The notes: generated from the letters alone by a model not told the origin. 64,000 nucleotides of DNA from Minisyncoccia bacterium (GCA_041750655.1 JBGSYZ010000007.1:41493-105492), one strand, 5' to 3'; positions 49,952 through 60,758 are shown, numbered from the stretch's first letter. A program made the numbers and translations.

Positions 49952-50467
49952 AAATAATATTGTTAATTATAAATTTTATCTTTTAATACCACCCATCATG
50001 CAGTATTGGAAAATCCAAACTCAATCAAGTGTACTATAAAAATGATGACGTTGGGTAAACACTTAAGTTACATAAAATTTGTACTCTTGTGTAAAGCTAT
50101 TGTTAAATAAAATTATTGTATTGCAACTACACTGTTCGAGTTTTTATACTATCTAAAATCAGCCTTTACGCATGACTTTTACACAGACTTATTCACTCGT
50201 TATACACAGCTATACGATTATATGGCTAGCTATATAAACCAATTAAGACTCTCTACTTACATAGCCTTGTGTAGATAAAGTCAAGGCAAAATTGACAGTA
50301 GTTTTTTGTAGGAGTACCGTCAATATACAGACCACGATTGATGGGCGTGGTAGCTAAAAAAAGGGGATTACCACTTAACTCGGTCGGCCTGGTCTTAGGT
50401 CGCCTTTTTGGCGTTTAGTTTATTAGGGGTATTTATCAAATAATACTTATTTAACATTTAACAAATT

Positions 50468-52036
50468 ATGACGAGTTCAATTAATTACACAAAAATCATC
50501 ATGAGCGTGGGCATGATTGCCTTCGTCGCTGCTCTGGTGGTTGGAGCGACCGGTGCGTTCTTTAGTGACTCCGAAACTTCAACTGGTAACGTGTTTACCG
50601 CTGGAGCGATTAATCTCACTGTAGATAGTGAACAGCATTACAACAATGCAGTTTGTAATGACAATATTTGGGTACTAACAGGTCCTGCTGAGAATCCACA
50701 ATATCCAATCCCGGGCACACCTTGTTCAGGAACGTGGGCAGCTACTGATTTAGGCGCACAAACATTCTTCAATTTCACTGACGTGAAGCCTGGTGATGAA
50801 GGTGAGAACACTATCTCACTACATGTAGACAGCAACGATGCTTACGCTTGTGTGGATGTGACTCTCACTAAAAACGATGACGTCAGTACAGTATCCCCAG
50901 AGTTAGATGCTGGTGACACTCCAAATACCGGTAGTCTGTTTGACGGTGAGCTAGCACAGAATATGACTTTCTTTGCGTGGGCTGACAATGGTAAGGATAT
51001 TACTGGCGCTACAGTTGGTATAGAAGGTGACAATATTTGGCAAGCTGGTGAAGTGCCTTTATTCTCAAACGTTTCTGGTCCTGCTAGCGATGTGCTAGAT
51101 GGTGAAAGCTACACTCTTGCTGACAGCAGCACTGGTGCTTTGCCGGGTGGTGTAACAAGCTACATTGGACTAGCCTGGTGTGCGGGAACAATCGACGCTT
51201 CTGTACCGGGAACCATTACTTGTGACGGTGGCACTATGGGTAACATTGCTCAAACTGACTCTATGGAAGCCACTATTGCTTTCCGAATTGAACAAGCTCG
51301 AAATAACGAGAACTTTGAGTGTGGAGATATTCTGGGTGCTAATACTGATGTGGCAGTTAACACCAACGAAGTGTTTTCTCAAACTGATCGTGCGGCTGCA
51401 GCAGCCGCTGGAAATTGGTTCTTCTACAATGACACCAATGACACAATCATGACAGTTGATGAATTCAGTGGTACAGCCGGCCTAAACCACATGGACACAA
51501 TTGGTGGTTCAGTCGGTGCATATATGAAGCTTGGTACAGAGACAAATCCTCGTTATAACATTGCAACCTATCAGTTTGGTTCAATACCACTTGCTTCGAT
51601 TGGTACATTGAAATACCGAGTGTACGACGCAACTAGTGACGGCGATCAACCATTTATGAATATTGATGTAGACTTTGCGACTACTTCGATTTCTGGATAT
51701 CAAAATCGTCTTATCTACGTACCAGGTGCCTCAACAAATCCGGCACTAGCGGTGAGCACGTGGACTGACATTGATACATTGAGTGGTATGTGGGGATGGT
51801 CTGGTTATGCAAAAGGACCAGATAAAATTGCAACCACTTTAGACGACAATAGTTGGCCAGATGGTAATACGAATGAATACCGTACTTGGGGCGACATAGT
51901 AGCGTCATTCCCTAGTGCAACTATTTTCCCTAGTGGATTCTTGGGTGTTCGCGTAGGCGAGCCAGGACCTGCAGCAGCAGAGGGTTATATAGATTGGATA
52001 GAGTTTGACGGTGTCAAATACGACTTCCAAAACTAG
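50468..52036 (+). CDS. TasA-family protein with SipW-class signal peptide
   Basis: GATGAFFSDSETSTGNVFTAGAINL, DVKPGD. Confidence 0.88.
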   Translation: MTSSINYTKIIMSVGMIAFVAALVVGATGAFFSDSETSTGNVFTAGAINLTVDSEQHYNNAVCNDNIWVLTGPAENPQYPIPGTPCSGTWAATDLGAQTFFNFTDVKPGDEGENTISLHVDSNDAYACVDVTLTKNDDVSTVSPELDAGDTPNTGSLFDGELAQNMTFFAWADNGKDITGATVGIEGDNIWQAGEVPLFSNVSGPASDVLDGESYTLADSSTGALPGGVTSYIGLAWCAGTIDASVPGTITCDGGTMGNIAQTDSMEATIAFRIEQARNNENFECGDILGANTDVAVNTNEVFSQTDRAAAAAAGNWFFYNDTNDTIMTVDEFSGTAGLNHMDTIGGSVGAYMKLGTETNPRYNIATYQFGSIPLASIGTLKYRVYDATSDGDQPFMNIDVDFATTSISGYQNRLIYVPGASTNPALAVSTWTDIDTLSGMWGWSGYAKGPDKIATTLDDNSWPDGNTNEYRTWGDIVASFPSATIFPSGFLGVRVGEPGPAAAEGYIDWIEFDGVKYDFQN

Positions 52037-52130
52037 TTTTCTCTAGCCGTACAAAACCTCAGCTTGGCTGGGGTTTTGCGGGCTGGCCGGGAACAGGACA
52101 GCGTCTTATCACTATCTAAATATTTATATT

Positions 52131-53771
52131 ATGCAGCGCATTATTTTAAGTCTTATGCTTATCGTGGGAGTGGCTGGGGCACTCACTTACGGAGCGACTA
52201 ACGCCTTCTTTAGCGACACTGAGAGTTCAGTCGGTAACACATTTGCCGCTGGAGCGATTGACCTCAAAGTCGATAACGAAAGTTACTACAACGGTGTTCT
52301 CAATGCGTCTACTACGTGGGAGCAAACAGATTTAACAATCGAAAAATTTTTTGATTTTCTTGATTTGAAACCCACCGACTATGGTGAAGATACTATCTCG
52401 CTTCACGTAGCTACCAACGACGCGTATCTGTGTGCCAATGTGACGCTCACGAGTAATGATGACAATGGTATCAATGAACCAGAATCTGAAGTCGATCAAA
52501 CTGATGGTCCGGGTAATGGCGAACTCGCTGACCTCGTAAATTTCCTCTGGTGGGCTGACGATGGCGATAATGTGCTTGAGGAGGATGAGACAGTGATCAC
52601 TCAAGGTAATCTTGGCCAACTCGGTGTCGGTAATTCCTACCCACTGGCACTGGCTGATAGTGATGAAAATATTTGGACTGGAGAGGGTGGCCCTGTTCCC
52701 GGCAACGAAACCCTTTATATCGGCAAGGCGTGGTGCTTTGGTGATATTGCTCCCGCCCCGCTCGCACAAGATGATGAAAATGATGCTATGTCACCAGCCG
52801 GTGATAATAACAACAATGCTACTGCGGGTGAACCAGAAGACGGTGGTATCACCTGTGACGGCACACAGTTGGGCAACGAAAGTCAGACCGACTCACTGAC
52901 AGCGGACGTTTCTTTCTTCGCTGTACAAGCGCGACACAATGATGGTTTCCAGTGTGATTTTCCTCAGGGTCCGCGCACTACTTTGACTCTCGTAAAGCAG
53001 GTACTTAATGGTGAAGCTACTGTCGCTGATTGGACTCTTTCAGCCGCTGGCCCAACTCCACTGACTGGTATTTCTGGCACTGTTGATGTAACCGGTGTGT
53101 CAGTAACTCCCGGCACGTACGACCTTTCAGAATTAGGTATTGACGGTGAGTATTTAGCTTCCAACTGGTCATGTACTGGTGGTAATCAAACCGATTTTGA
53201 CACTATTGAAATTAGTGAGGGTGACAATGTGGAGTGTCGTATTTCCAACTACTTAGTATGTGATCCATCTCAGGCTTACGCTGATCATGTGGTGACCTCT
53301 AGTCAGGCGTTACGAAAGAATGGTACTGCAGTTCTGCCAGAGCGTTCTAATGCTAGCTCAAGTCTTGGTGCTCCAGAAAGTAGTGGCTTGCCAAGTGACC
53401 CAGCGGTAGCGGCCGGCACCTTCTTTAGTCTTGGGTTTGGCGGCTCTATAGTGGTGGAATTCTTGAACAACTACATAGTGGATGGACCTGGCCCTGACCT
53501 ACAAGTGTGGGAAGTAACTGGTGGAGTATATCCGGACGAGTTGATTCAGCTTGACGCAAGTAAAGATGGAGTGACTTGGTTCCCAATTGGCACTGGTCTA
53601 ACTCGTGACGCGCAGACTGACTTAGCACTGTCCGGACTGTCATGGGCGCGTTATATTCGACTAACCGATATATCTAATCCGGGCGATTTCGCAGATGCTA
53701 CTGCTGATGGCTACGACCTCGATGCCTTCAGCGCGCTCAACTGTGCTGATAGAACCCTTATTCCAGACTAG
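52131..53771 (+). CDS. TasA-family protein with SipW-class signal peptide and extra C-terminal domains
   Basis: ATNAFFSDTESSVGNTFAAGAIDL, DLKPTD; C-terminal SLGFGG..DG.GPD..ADGYDLDA. Confidence 0.88.
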   Translation: MQRIILSLMLIVGVAGALTYGATNAFFSDTESSVGNTFAAGAIDLKVDNESYYNGVLNASTTWEQTDLTIEKFFDFLDLKPTDYGEDTISLHVATNDAYLCANVTLTSNDDNGINEPESEVDQTDGPGNGELADLVNFLWWADDGDNVLEEDETVITQGNLGQLGVGNSYPLALADSDENIWTGEGGPVPGNETLYIGKAWCFGDIAPAPLAQDDENDAMSPAGDNNNNATAGEPEDGGITCDGTQLGNESQTDSLTADVSFFAVQARHNDGFQCDFPQGPRTTLTLVKQVLNGEATVADWTLSAAGPTPLTGISGTVDVTGVSVTPGTYDLSELGIDGEYLASNWSCTGGNQTDFDTIEISEGDNVECRISNYLVCDPSQAYADHVVTSSQALRKNGTAVLPERSNASSSLGAPESSGLPSDPAVAAGTFFSLGFGGSIVVEFLNNYIVDGPGPDLQVWEVTGGVYPDELIQLDASKDGVTWFPIGTGLTRDAQTDLALSGLSWARYIRLTDISNPGDFADATADGYDLDAFSALNCADRTLIPD

Positions 53772-53808
53772 TAGTAAAAAATTCAGTGGTTGAAGTCATT
53801 AAAAACTC

Positions 53809-54741
53809 ATGTCTAAATACCAACGTTCACAAATAAAAATCGTAATTCTGGCAGTTTTTGTGCTGTTGGTTGGTGTATTAGTGGTGCGTGGAGAAACAGT
53901 TGGTTCAACATTTGCGACTGGCTCAGGAACTGGTGGTCTGGAGTTACAGATAGACAGCAGGACTTACTACAATGGTGTTTTGCAACCGAAATTGTCTTGG
54001 GGATTGAAAAACTTAAAACCATGGAGTGATCGTTTCTTCAAATTTGAAGATGTAAAACCAGGGGACACCGGTACGACCACCATCAGTATTCACATTAAGA
54101 AAAACCCGGCCTGGGTGTGTTTAGATTTTCAAAATCTAAAAGACAAAGAGAACGGTGAAAATGAACCAGAATCATATGAAGATGGTAATGACGGAGGCGA
54201 GCTCTCAAAAGAGCTTGAATTCTTTGCGTGGCGTGATGATGGCGACAATATCTTTGAAGTTGGAGAAAAACCCCTCTTTGGAACCAGTAGCCAATCAGCT
54301 AAAGAGGTTTTAAAAGGGAAATCGTATGCTATTGCTGATAGTACACATGGTCCGGCTCAAGCATCTAATCAAACCAAATACGTGGGAATCAATTGGTGTG
54401 CCGGAGATTTGTCAGTCAATGTCGCGACTGCTGAAATTACGTGTGATGCGGAAGCGATGGGCAATGAAGCCCAAACTGATTCAATGACACTTGATGTTTC
54501 ACTGCGGGCGGTCGCATCTAAACAACAGTCAAAGTTTAAGTGTGTGATGGATGACGAAGGTGAACATCATGGTGGACCAAAAGGTGATCATGATGACGAT
54601 GATGAAGACGATAATCACAACGATGACGATGATGACACTTCATGGCACCACGGTGGGTCAAAAGATAATGCTTGGAATAAGACAAAAAATTACTGCAAGA
54701 ACGCGTGGCAGAAAGTAAAAAATTATAAAAGACATTCATGA
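53809..54741 (+). CDS. TasA-like paralogue with His/Asp-rich tail
   Basis: Shares DVKPGD.G..TIS.H, DDGDNI, WCAG, NEAQTDS with neighbours; lacks AFFSD. Confidence 0.8.
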   Translation: MSKYQRSQIKIVILAVFVLLVGVLVVRGETVGSTFATGSGTGGLELQIDSRTYYNGVLQPKLSWGLKNLKPWSDRFFKFEDVKPGDTGTTTISIHIKKNPAWVCLDFQNLKDKENGENEPESYEDGNDGGELSKELEFFAWRDDGDNIFEVGEKPLFGTSSQSAKEVLKGKSYAIADSTHGPAQASNQTKYVGINWCAGDLSVNVATAEITCDAEAMGNEAQTDSMTLDVSLRAVASKQQSKFKCVMDDEGEHHGGPKGDHDDDDEDDNHNDDDDDTSWHHGGSKDNAWNKTKNYCKNAWQKVKNYKRHS

Positions 54742-56291
54742 AGTATATTTTTTACATTATAAATAGTATTTTTGTTCTGCTGATGCTAGCGGTAGCCGGT
54801 TTGTTCTTGGTACCTCTTTTACCAATTGAGCACAATTTGGAACTCAAGATTGTGGAGTCGGGCTCGATGGAGCCAGCGATTATGACCGGGTCACTGGTGG
54901 CTATTTGGCCAGCGACCCACTATGGAGTAGGTGATATCATTACGTTTAAAAGTAAAAGTTCTGAGGTACCTACTACTCACCGTATAGCCAATATTTATGA
55001 AGAGAATGGTCAGACCTGGTTTATTACTAAAGGTGACGCCAACGAAGAAGCTGACTCACAAGCCACAGCAGCTACAGATGTTATCGGTTCAGTCAAAGTA
55101 GCTGTTCCGTACGCTGGCTTTATATTAGATTTTGCTCGTCAGCCGATTGGATTCGCGTTTCTCATTTTATTACCAGCCTTGATGCTTATCTTGAGTGAGG
55201 TAGGGAAAATCTGGTCAGAGATTAAAAAACGAAAAAATACCGAAGCAGCTAGTTCTGCTGAAGTTGAAACAAAGTCAGTTGTCGCTGAAAAAGTAGAACC
55301 AAAACTCGCTTCAAATTCGACTGCTCGTCCAATGATGGATATTTCAACTCCAACTCGTTTTTATGTTTTACCGACATTAGATTTGCGGGGACTGACTCCC
55401 TATCCACGAAGTCAATCGCTCGCGCTTAACCAAAAACCGCCTTCTCGTTGGTTTATTTTGCCTGGCGTTTTCTTGTTTTGTGCCACTGTTATTGGTTCAG
55501 GTTTTCTTGGCTCGACCGTTTCGTATTTTAACGACATTGAGCGCAGCGTTGGTAATGGGCTTCGAGCCATCTCGCTTGATTTTACTGTATTGCCTGACGG
55601 AGAACAGTATAGTTTTGAGAACGGTGAATTACTGGCTGATGATGATGGTGCCTTAGTAACAGTGGTTACTCCAGAGCCCGGCAGTGTGTCCATGCGCTAC
55701 GATGTTTCAGTGGAAGTTACTGGTGGTAACGCACTGTTTTGTGATGCAATTAGTGCTTCGTCCGTTAGTCCGGTTTTGTACAGTGGTTCGCTCTCGGCCC
55801 TTAATGCTAATGATATTTTGTTTGATACTCCGTGGCCTCTCGCACTATCGTTACCTGATAGCACCGGTTTCTTTAATGGTGAAATGTGCTCCCTCGATAT
55901 AATCTTCACTGCTTGGCATTACGATGTTGCGACCGATCAAGGCTACTTTGATGAAGAGCGGGCGCCACTTTCGTTTGAACTAATTTTACCGAACGTCGCT
56001 CCACAACAGTTGCTGATTACTTCGTTTGATGTTGCCACTGACACACCGACTAGCACTCCCGAAACAAAAGCCAGCTCTACCATAGCTCTACCACCAGTAT
56101 TGGATGAAGTAGACAACGCATCACGCACCGAGAATAAACTTGCAGGTGTCGAAACTGAAGCTGTGTTAGAGCCAGAAGTTACACAATCTGATGAAGAGAC
56201 TGAAAAAACTCCTGTTACAGAGAGTGAGGTGGAAAGTACCGACGATGTACACGTGGTTGAAGATGATGTGCAACCAGAAATAGTTGAATAA
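54738..56291 (+). CDS. sipW: SipW-type signal peptidase I fused to a SipW-signal/TasA-like domain
   Basis: VESGSMEP, THR, TKGDAN; internal TM followed by STVSYFNDIERSVGN. Confidence 0.88.
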   Translation: MKYIFYIINSIFVLLMLAVAGLFLVPLLPIEHNLELKIVESGSMEPAIMTGSLVAIWPATHYGVGDIITFKSKSSEVPTTHRIANIYEENGQTWFITKGDANEEADSQATAATDVIGSVKVAVPYAGFILDFARQPIGFAFLILLPALMLILSEVGKIWSEIKKRKNTEAASSAEVETKSVVAEKVEPKLASNSTARPMMDISTPTRFYVLPTLDLRGLTPYPRSQSLALNQKPPSRWFILPGVFLFCATVIGSGFLGSTVSYFNDIERSVGNGLRAISLDFTVLPDGEQYSFENGELLADDDGALVTVVTPEPGSVSMRYDVSVEVTGGNALFCDAISASSVSPVLYSGSLSALNANDILFDTPWPLALSLPDSTGFFNGEMCSLDIIFTAWHYDVATDQGYFDEERAPLSFELILPNVAPQQLLITSFDVATDTPTSTPETKASSTIALPPVLDEVDNASRTENKLAGVETEAVLEPEVTQSDEETEKTPVTESEVESTDDVHVVEDDVQPEIVE

Positions 56292-56370
56292 ATTTTAATA
56301 AAGAGAGAATAGTAAATTAAGTCACGGATACCAGTCCGTGACTTTTGATATGAGCAGTGTTCTTATTGAC

Positions 56371-56394
56371 ATAGGGTAGGGGGTACCCTATAAT
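56371..56394 (+). promoter_or_regulatory. CsoR/RcnR-type operator inside a TTGACA-TATAAT promoter
   Basis: ATAGGGTA-GGGGG-TACCCTAT inverted repeat with G-tract. Confidence 0.7.
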
Positions 56395-56655
56395 ATGCCT
56401 ATGCAAGAAGATAGAAAAAAAATAATCGACCACATAAGTCGTCTGGAAGGACAGCTTGCTTCAGTAAAATCAGAGCTTTCGCTTGATAATCCAGATTGTG
56501 AAAAAGCTAGTCAAACCCTCCAATCAGCTGCTCGCTCTTTTGCTGGTCTTCGTGAACAGTTTGTTGAAACATTTTTACTAACCCATTTTATAAACAGTAA
56601 AAAAATTAAAAACCAGAGATTATTTAATCAGCTTATTGCCTTAATAAAAAGTTAA
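56395..56655 (+). CDS. CsoR/RcnR-family sensor repressor
   Basis: ISRLEGQL...DC...QTL.SA. Confidence 0.8.
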   Translation: MPMQEDRKKIIDHISRLEGQLASVKSELSLDNPDCEKASQTLQSAARSFAGLREQFVETFLLTHFINSKKIKNQRLFNQLIALIKS

Positions 56656-56658
56656 CTT

Positions 56659-57180
56659 ATGAAACATGTTGATGTACATACCTTTAAAGAGGTGGTTGAA
56701 GCCGAGCGTGATAACGAGACTGTTGATTTTATTAATGTGTGCACGCCAGCTGAATATAAAGAAAAACATATTCCAGGCGTAAGAAACGTACCACTTGATG
56801 AGATTGAAAAGAGAGCTGGTGAGTTTGCTAACAAGAAAACACTCTATATTCACTGCCGCAGTGGTAACCGTGGCCGTCAGGCGATGGAAAAATTAGCTAA
56901 GCTTGGCGTAACGGCCGAACTAGTTAATGTTGAAGGAGGAATTATAGCTTGGGATCAAGCGGGATTTGTAACCGACTCACTGACAAATAGAATTCCCATT
57001 ATGCGACAAGTTTTAATCGCAGCTGGTGGTTTGATACTACTCGGGTATGTTCTGTCAGTATCTGTGTTCGATCAATTTATCTTTCTTAGTGTTTTTGTGG
57101 GGGCAGGTTTAATGTTTGCTGGTATAAGTGGTTGGTGTGGAATGTCGTACGTACTCGCTAAAATGCCCTGGAATAAATAA
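56659..57180 (+). CDS. Rhodanese plus DUF2892 membrane sulfurtransferase (YgaP-like)
   Basis: HIPG, HCRSGNR, GG..AW, GWCGM..L.KMPWN. Confidence 0.9.
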   Translation: MKHVDVHTFKEVVEAERDNETVDFINVCTPAEYKEKHIPGVRNVPLDEIEKRAGEFANKKTLYIHCRSGNRGRQAMEKLAKLGVTAELVNVEGGIIAWDQAGFVTDSLTNRIPIMRQVLIAAGGLILLGYVLSVSVFDQFIFLSVFVGAGLMFAGISGWCGMSYVLAKMPWNK

Positions 57181-57202
57181 TTAATAAATTAAAAAATAAA
57201 TT

Positions 57203-58012
57203 ATGCGCTATCTCATTGGACTACTAGGGCTCATTGCTCTTTCAATTGGAGTTTGGAACTTTGGTGGTGAAGAATTAGAAGAAAAACAGCAAAATCAATT
57301 TAAGGTTGAGTCTCAAAAAAATGAAGATTTAGTTGACGAACTGGAAAACTATCAGGTGACTGCAGCTGATTTTGTGAATGCTGATGAGCTCATATCGAAT
57401 GAAGTGACAAATGAACTGTCACAAACTGAAATCGAAGGACTTAAGTATATGCGGGAAGAGGAAAAACTGGCTAGAGACGTTTACTTGGCTTTGTACGAAT
57501 ACTGGAACATTCCTATCTTTAACAATATTGCCGGAAGCGAATCCACCCACATGTCAGCCGTGCTTACATTATTGGAAAAATACAATTTAACCGATCCAGC
57601 TAGTGATAAAAGAGGGGAATTTACAAACAACGACCTTCAAGCTCTCTACAATCAACTAGTAGCTGAAGGTAAAAAAACAAAAGCAGCCGCTTTCACTGTT
57701 GGGGCTAAAATTGAAGATTTAGATATCCGCGATTTGGAAGAAAATATTAATGCGACAGATAATCAGGATATTCGCATTGTCTATGAATCTTTACAACGCG
57801 GATCAAGAAATCATCTCCGGGCCTTCAATCGCCAGTTGATAAACGAAACTGGTACTAACTATGAACCAGAGTTCATGTCAGTCGAAGAGTTTAACGCTCT
57901 TATCTCTACTGGGGTTGAGAAAGGTAATGTACAAGGCCAAGGCAATCAAGGGAGTTTTGAAGGAGGTCAAAATAGAAACTCTGGACAGGGGCAAGGTACT
58001 GGTAGCAGATAG
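57203..58012 (+). CDS. DUF2202 ferritin-like protein
   Basis: MREEEKLARDVY, SESTH, IEDLDI, GSRNHLRAF. Confidence 0.9.
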   Translation: MRYLIGLLGLIALSIGVWNFGGEELEEKQQNQFKVESQKNEDLVDELENYQVTAADFVNADELISNEVTNELSQTEIEGLKYMREEEKLARDVYLALYEYWNIPIFNNIAGSESTHMSAVLTLLEKYNLTDPASDKRGEFTNNDLQALYNQLVAEGKKTKAAAFTVGAKIEDLDIRDLEENINATDNQDIRIVYESLQRGSRNHLRAFNRQLINETGTNYEPEFMSVEEFNALISTGVEKGNVQGQGNQGSFEGGQNRNSGQGQGTGSR

Positions 58013-58034
58013 GGTAGACATTAATCTTTTATCT

Positions 58035-58961
58035 ATGACAGACAAAATTAACTATCAAAAATATTTAGCGTATAAGCCAGAAGTGCAGGGTTTCTTCGAT
58101 GGACGAACCAATACTATCAGTTACGTAGTAGCCAATCCGGAAACCAAAAAGTGCGCCATTATCGATAGCGTGATGGATTACGAACCACACAGTGCCACCA
58201 TTTTCTTTGAAAATGCTGATGCAATTGTGAAGTATGTAAAAAATAAGGGTTATGAAGTGGAGTGGATTTTGGAAACCCATGTTCATGCTGACCACCTTTC
58301 GGCCGCACCGTACTTAAAAGAAAAATTAGGCGGTACTATGGCCATCGGTAAGTACATAGTCGATGTGCAAAATATCTTCGGCAAAGTCTTCAATGAAGGA
58401 ACTGAGTTTGAGCGCGATGGTAGTCAGTTTGATCGGCTGTGGAATGATGGTGACACGTTTACTCTAGGTAATATTACAGCGAGTGTCATCCACACTCCCG
58501 GCCATACTCCTGCTGATATGGTCTATGTCATTGGCGATGCTGTCTTTGCTGGGGATACTATGTTTATGCCAGACTTTGGGACAGCTCGATGTGATTTCCC
58601 CGGCGGAAGCGCTGAAACGCTATATGAATCCACTCAAAAAATATTTGCCCTACCTGAAGAGATGAGGATGTTCATGTGCCACGACTACTTACCAGAAGGA
58701 CGAACTGAATATGTTTGGGAGACAACAGTTGGTGAGCAGAAGAAAAATAATATTCACCTCAAAGAGGGAACAGACCCTGAACGATTCAAGTCTATGCGCG
58801 ATGAACGCGACGCGAAGCTCGGTATGCCTAAACTCATCATTCCATCAATTCAGGTAAATATGCGGGCCGGCAATATACCTAAAGAAAAAGAGACAGGAAA
58901 CATGATGCTAAAGATGCCAGTTAATAGTGTGTTTTCTAAGCAGCCAACAAATAAGTCTTAG
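58035..58961 (+). CDS. Persulfide dioxygenase-like metallo-beta-lactamase (Blh/ETHE1 type)
   Basis: LETHVHADHLSAA, TPGHT, GTARCDFPGG, CHDY, QVNMRAG. Confidence 0.9.
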   Translation: MTDKINYQKYLAYKPEVQGFFDGRTNTISYVVANPETKKCAIIDSVMDYEPHSATIFFENADAIVKYVKNKGYEVEWILETHVHADHLSAAPYLKEKLGGTMAIGKYIVDVQNIFGKVFNEGTEFERDGSQFDRLWNDGDTFTLGNITASVIHTPGHTPADMVYVIGDAVFAGDTMFMPDFGTARCDFPGGSAETLYESTQKIFALPEEMRMFMCHDYLPEGRTEYVWETTVGEQKKNNIHLKEGTDPERFKSMRDERDAKLGMPKLIIPSIQVNMRAGNIPKEKETGNMMLKMPVNSVFSKQPTNKS

Positions 58962-59035
58962 ACATAAAAATATAAAAAAGCTCAGGCCGGGCATCCTAGC
59001 GGATGCCCGGCCTATGTGTTGTTGTACAGATTTCT

Positions 59036-59740
59036 TCACACTGGGTTGAGAATAAAAACCAAGCTGGTTATTGATGCCCCTACTGAGAGGATGCAATGAC
59101 CTGACTCAGGTGTTTCCCACACGTTCCAGATAAGTTTCCCTTTTCCCGAAGTGTAGAAGTACAGCTTACCGATGAAGCAAGTCGTCGCGACCACAATCCA
59201 GAATCCGGTCCAGCTCAGAGCGTCAACCCCGATAGCGGCAAACCCGAAGGTAACCACCAGAGCGAAACTGAGTGATCCGGTTGCAAAGAAGAACAAAGCG
59301 CCAACCAGATAAGCTTGTTTGGGTTTAAGCCAGCTAATCCTAGCGGCCAACTTTTCTTCCCACCCGTACCATTTACTAATCGCCGACAGAGTCATGAGTG
59401 ACAGAATCATCGGCAATGCCCACGGTTCGTGGTAAATGAGTGGCATCGGAATGACTATCACGTACCAGCTAATCATGGTCTGGTCCACGAAACGCAAGAA
59501 CCGACTAGGTCGCCACGTATGATACGCAGCGCTGCTGTTATATAGGCAGATTTTGATTAGTATGTACAAAACCAGCCCGGGAGACATATGGCCCCACAAC
59601 AGATACGACACAAGTATCAATAACGATATATAGGCGAGGTGACAATATACCACTATTGGGTGTCTTGGATGATGAAGGTCGGGGTTCTCCTCGTTGTGAA
59701 CGGGGAGGCCAGCCAGCGTAAATTGCAAAGAACGCAGCAT
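59036..59740 (-). CDS. Hemolysin III/PAQR-like membrane protein (cassette)
   Basis: SSAAYH...RFVDQTMI, C-terminal H, about 7 TM; AGGAGG SD, TTGACA -35. Confidence 0.65.
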   Translation of the reverse strand: MLRSLQFTLAGLPVHNEENPDLHHPRHPIVVYCHLAYISLLILVSYLLWGHMSPGLVLYILIKICLYNSSAAYHTWRPSRFLRFVDQTMISWYVIVIPMPLIYHEPWALPMILSLMTLSAISKWYGWEEKLAARISWLKPKQAYLVGALFFFATGSLSFALVVTFGFAAIGVDALSWTGFWIVVATTCFIGKLYFYTSGKGKLIWNVWETPESGHCILSVGASITSLVFILNPV

Positions 59741-59890
59741 CAGACTCTCCTCCTAAGATTGAGATTTCTGTATCCAATTTGTATTTTGCTACTATTATAT
59801 ATTTTGTCAAGTTTTTTATGCACAGTGGTCAAAAAATAAAAAATACAAAAGTAAATGTAAAAAGAAAGGGCCCGCGCGTACGCGCGGGCC

Positions 59891-60529
59891 TTAAGTGTTT
59901 GAACGAAGATGACTGGCAATTTTTTCCAGCACTTCACCGTCTGTGTCAGTTACCGGTAAGTCATGCCCACCCGGTACTTCCAGTAGTGTACCTGATACCC
60001 GAGCAGCCACTTCACGCACGTGTGATGGTGGTGTGATGGTGTCTTCGTTGGCACTCACCACGAGCACGTTTTCAAGGTTTTTACCCACCGGCACACTGCC
60101 GACGGCCGCCGACATGAGCGATGTCAGTGACTCGGGCCGTTTTGGCCAGACTGTCAGCATCTGGCGGATCGCTCCAAACGGGTTGCTCGCTAGGTAGACA
60201 GCTTCATCGAGATCAAACCGGCTACAGTTACCACCGATCATCCCAGTATTTACGAGAGCGGTGCCACGCACCAATCCGTTAGGTGCCAGCTGAGCGACGG
60301 TGTAAGCCACCAATGCCCCGAGCGAGTGCCCGCACAGAAGTACTGGTGTACCTAGCGTAGACAGCTCTTCGAGAATAACTCGGGCTCGAGACTCGATACC
60401 ACCGACCAAATCCATGTTGGCTCCAACCAAGCACGTGTGGTGCTGATCGCGTGTTTCCGGCCACAAGTAGTCCGGATGTCGAAATGCTCCCCCAATCATC
60501 GCGATGGGGAGCGAGCGTTTCTTGCGCAT
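59891..60529 (-). CDS. Alpha/beta hydrolase (cassette)
   Basis: GHSLG, ED..TP, GGHD; GGAGG SD before ATG 60529. Confidence 0.85.
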   Translation of the reverse strand: MRKKRSLPIAMIGGAFRHPDYLWPETRDQHHTCLVGANMDLVGGIESRARVILEELSTLGTPVLLCGHSLGALVAYTVAQLAPNGLVRGTALVNTGMIGGNCSRFDLDEAVYLASNPFGAIRQMLTVWPKRPESLTSLMSAAVGSVPVGKNLENVLVVSANEDTITPPSHVREVAARVSGTLLEVPGGHDLPVTDTDGEVLEKIASHLRSNT

Positions 60530-60758
60530 AGCTTCCTCCATTCATAAAGCGTAGGGATTAATCTTATTGTGTCGGCAATCTGGGTGGGCGTCAATCAGAA
60601 TGTGGTACTTGTGGGGCAGCTTTTTTAATGTAAGAACTGGTCTGACTGAAATGGAGTGTGCTAATTTCTTGAAGGTGGTTGATTCATGGTGAGGTAAAAA
60701 GAAAAGCCCCGCGAGTTGTGAAGTCTCGGGGACTTCTCTTGCGGGGCTTGTTGGTTGA

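Noticed and set aside
50329-50395. ZTP or c-di-AMP riboswitch
   Set aside because: Only fragmentary motif resemblance; the core consensus is missing.
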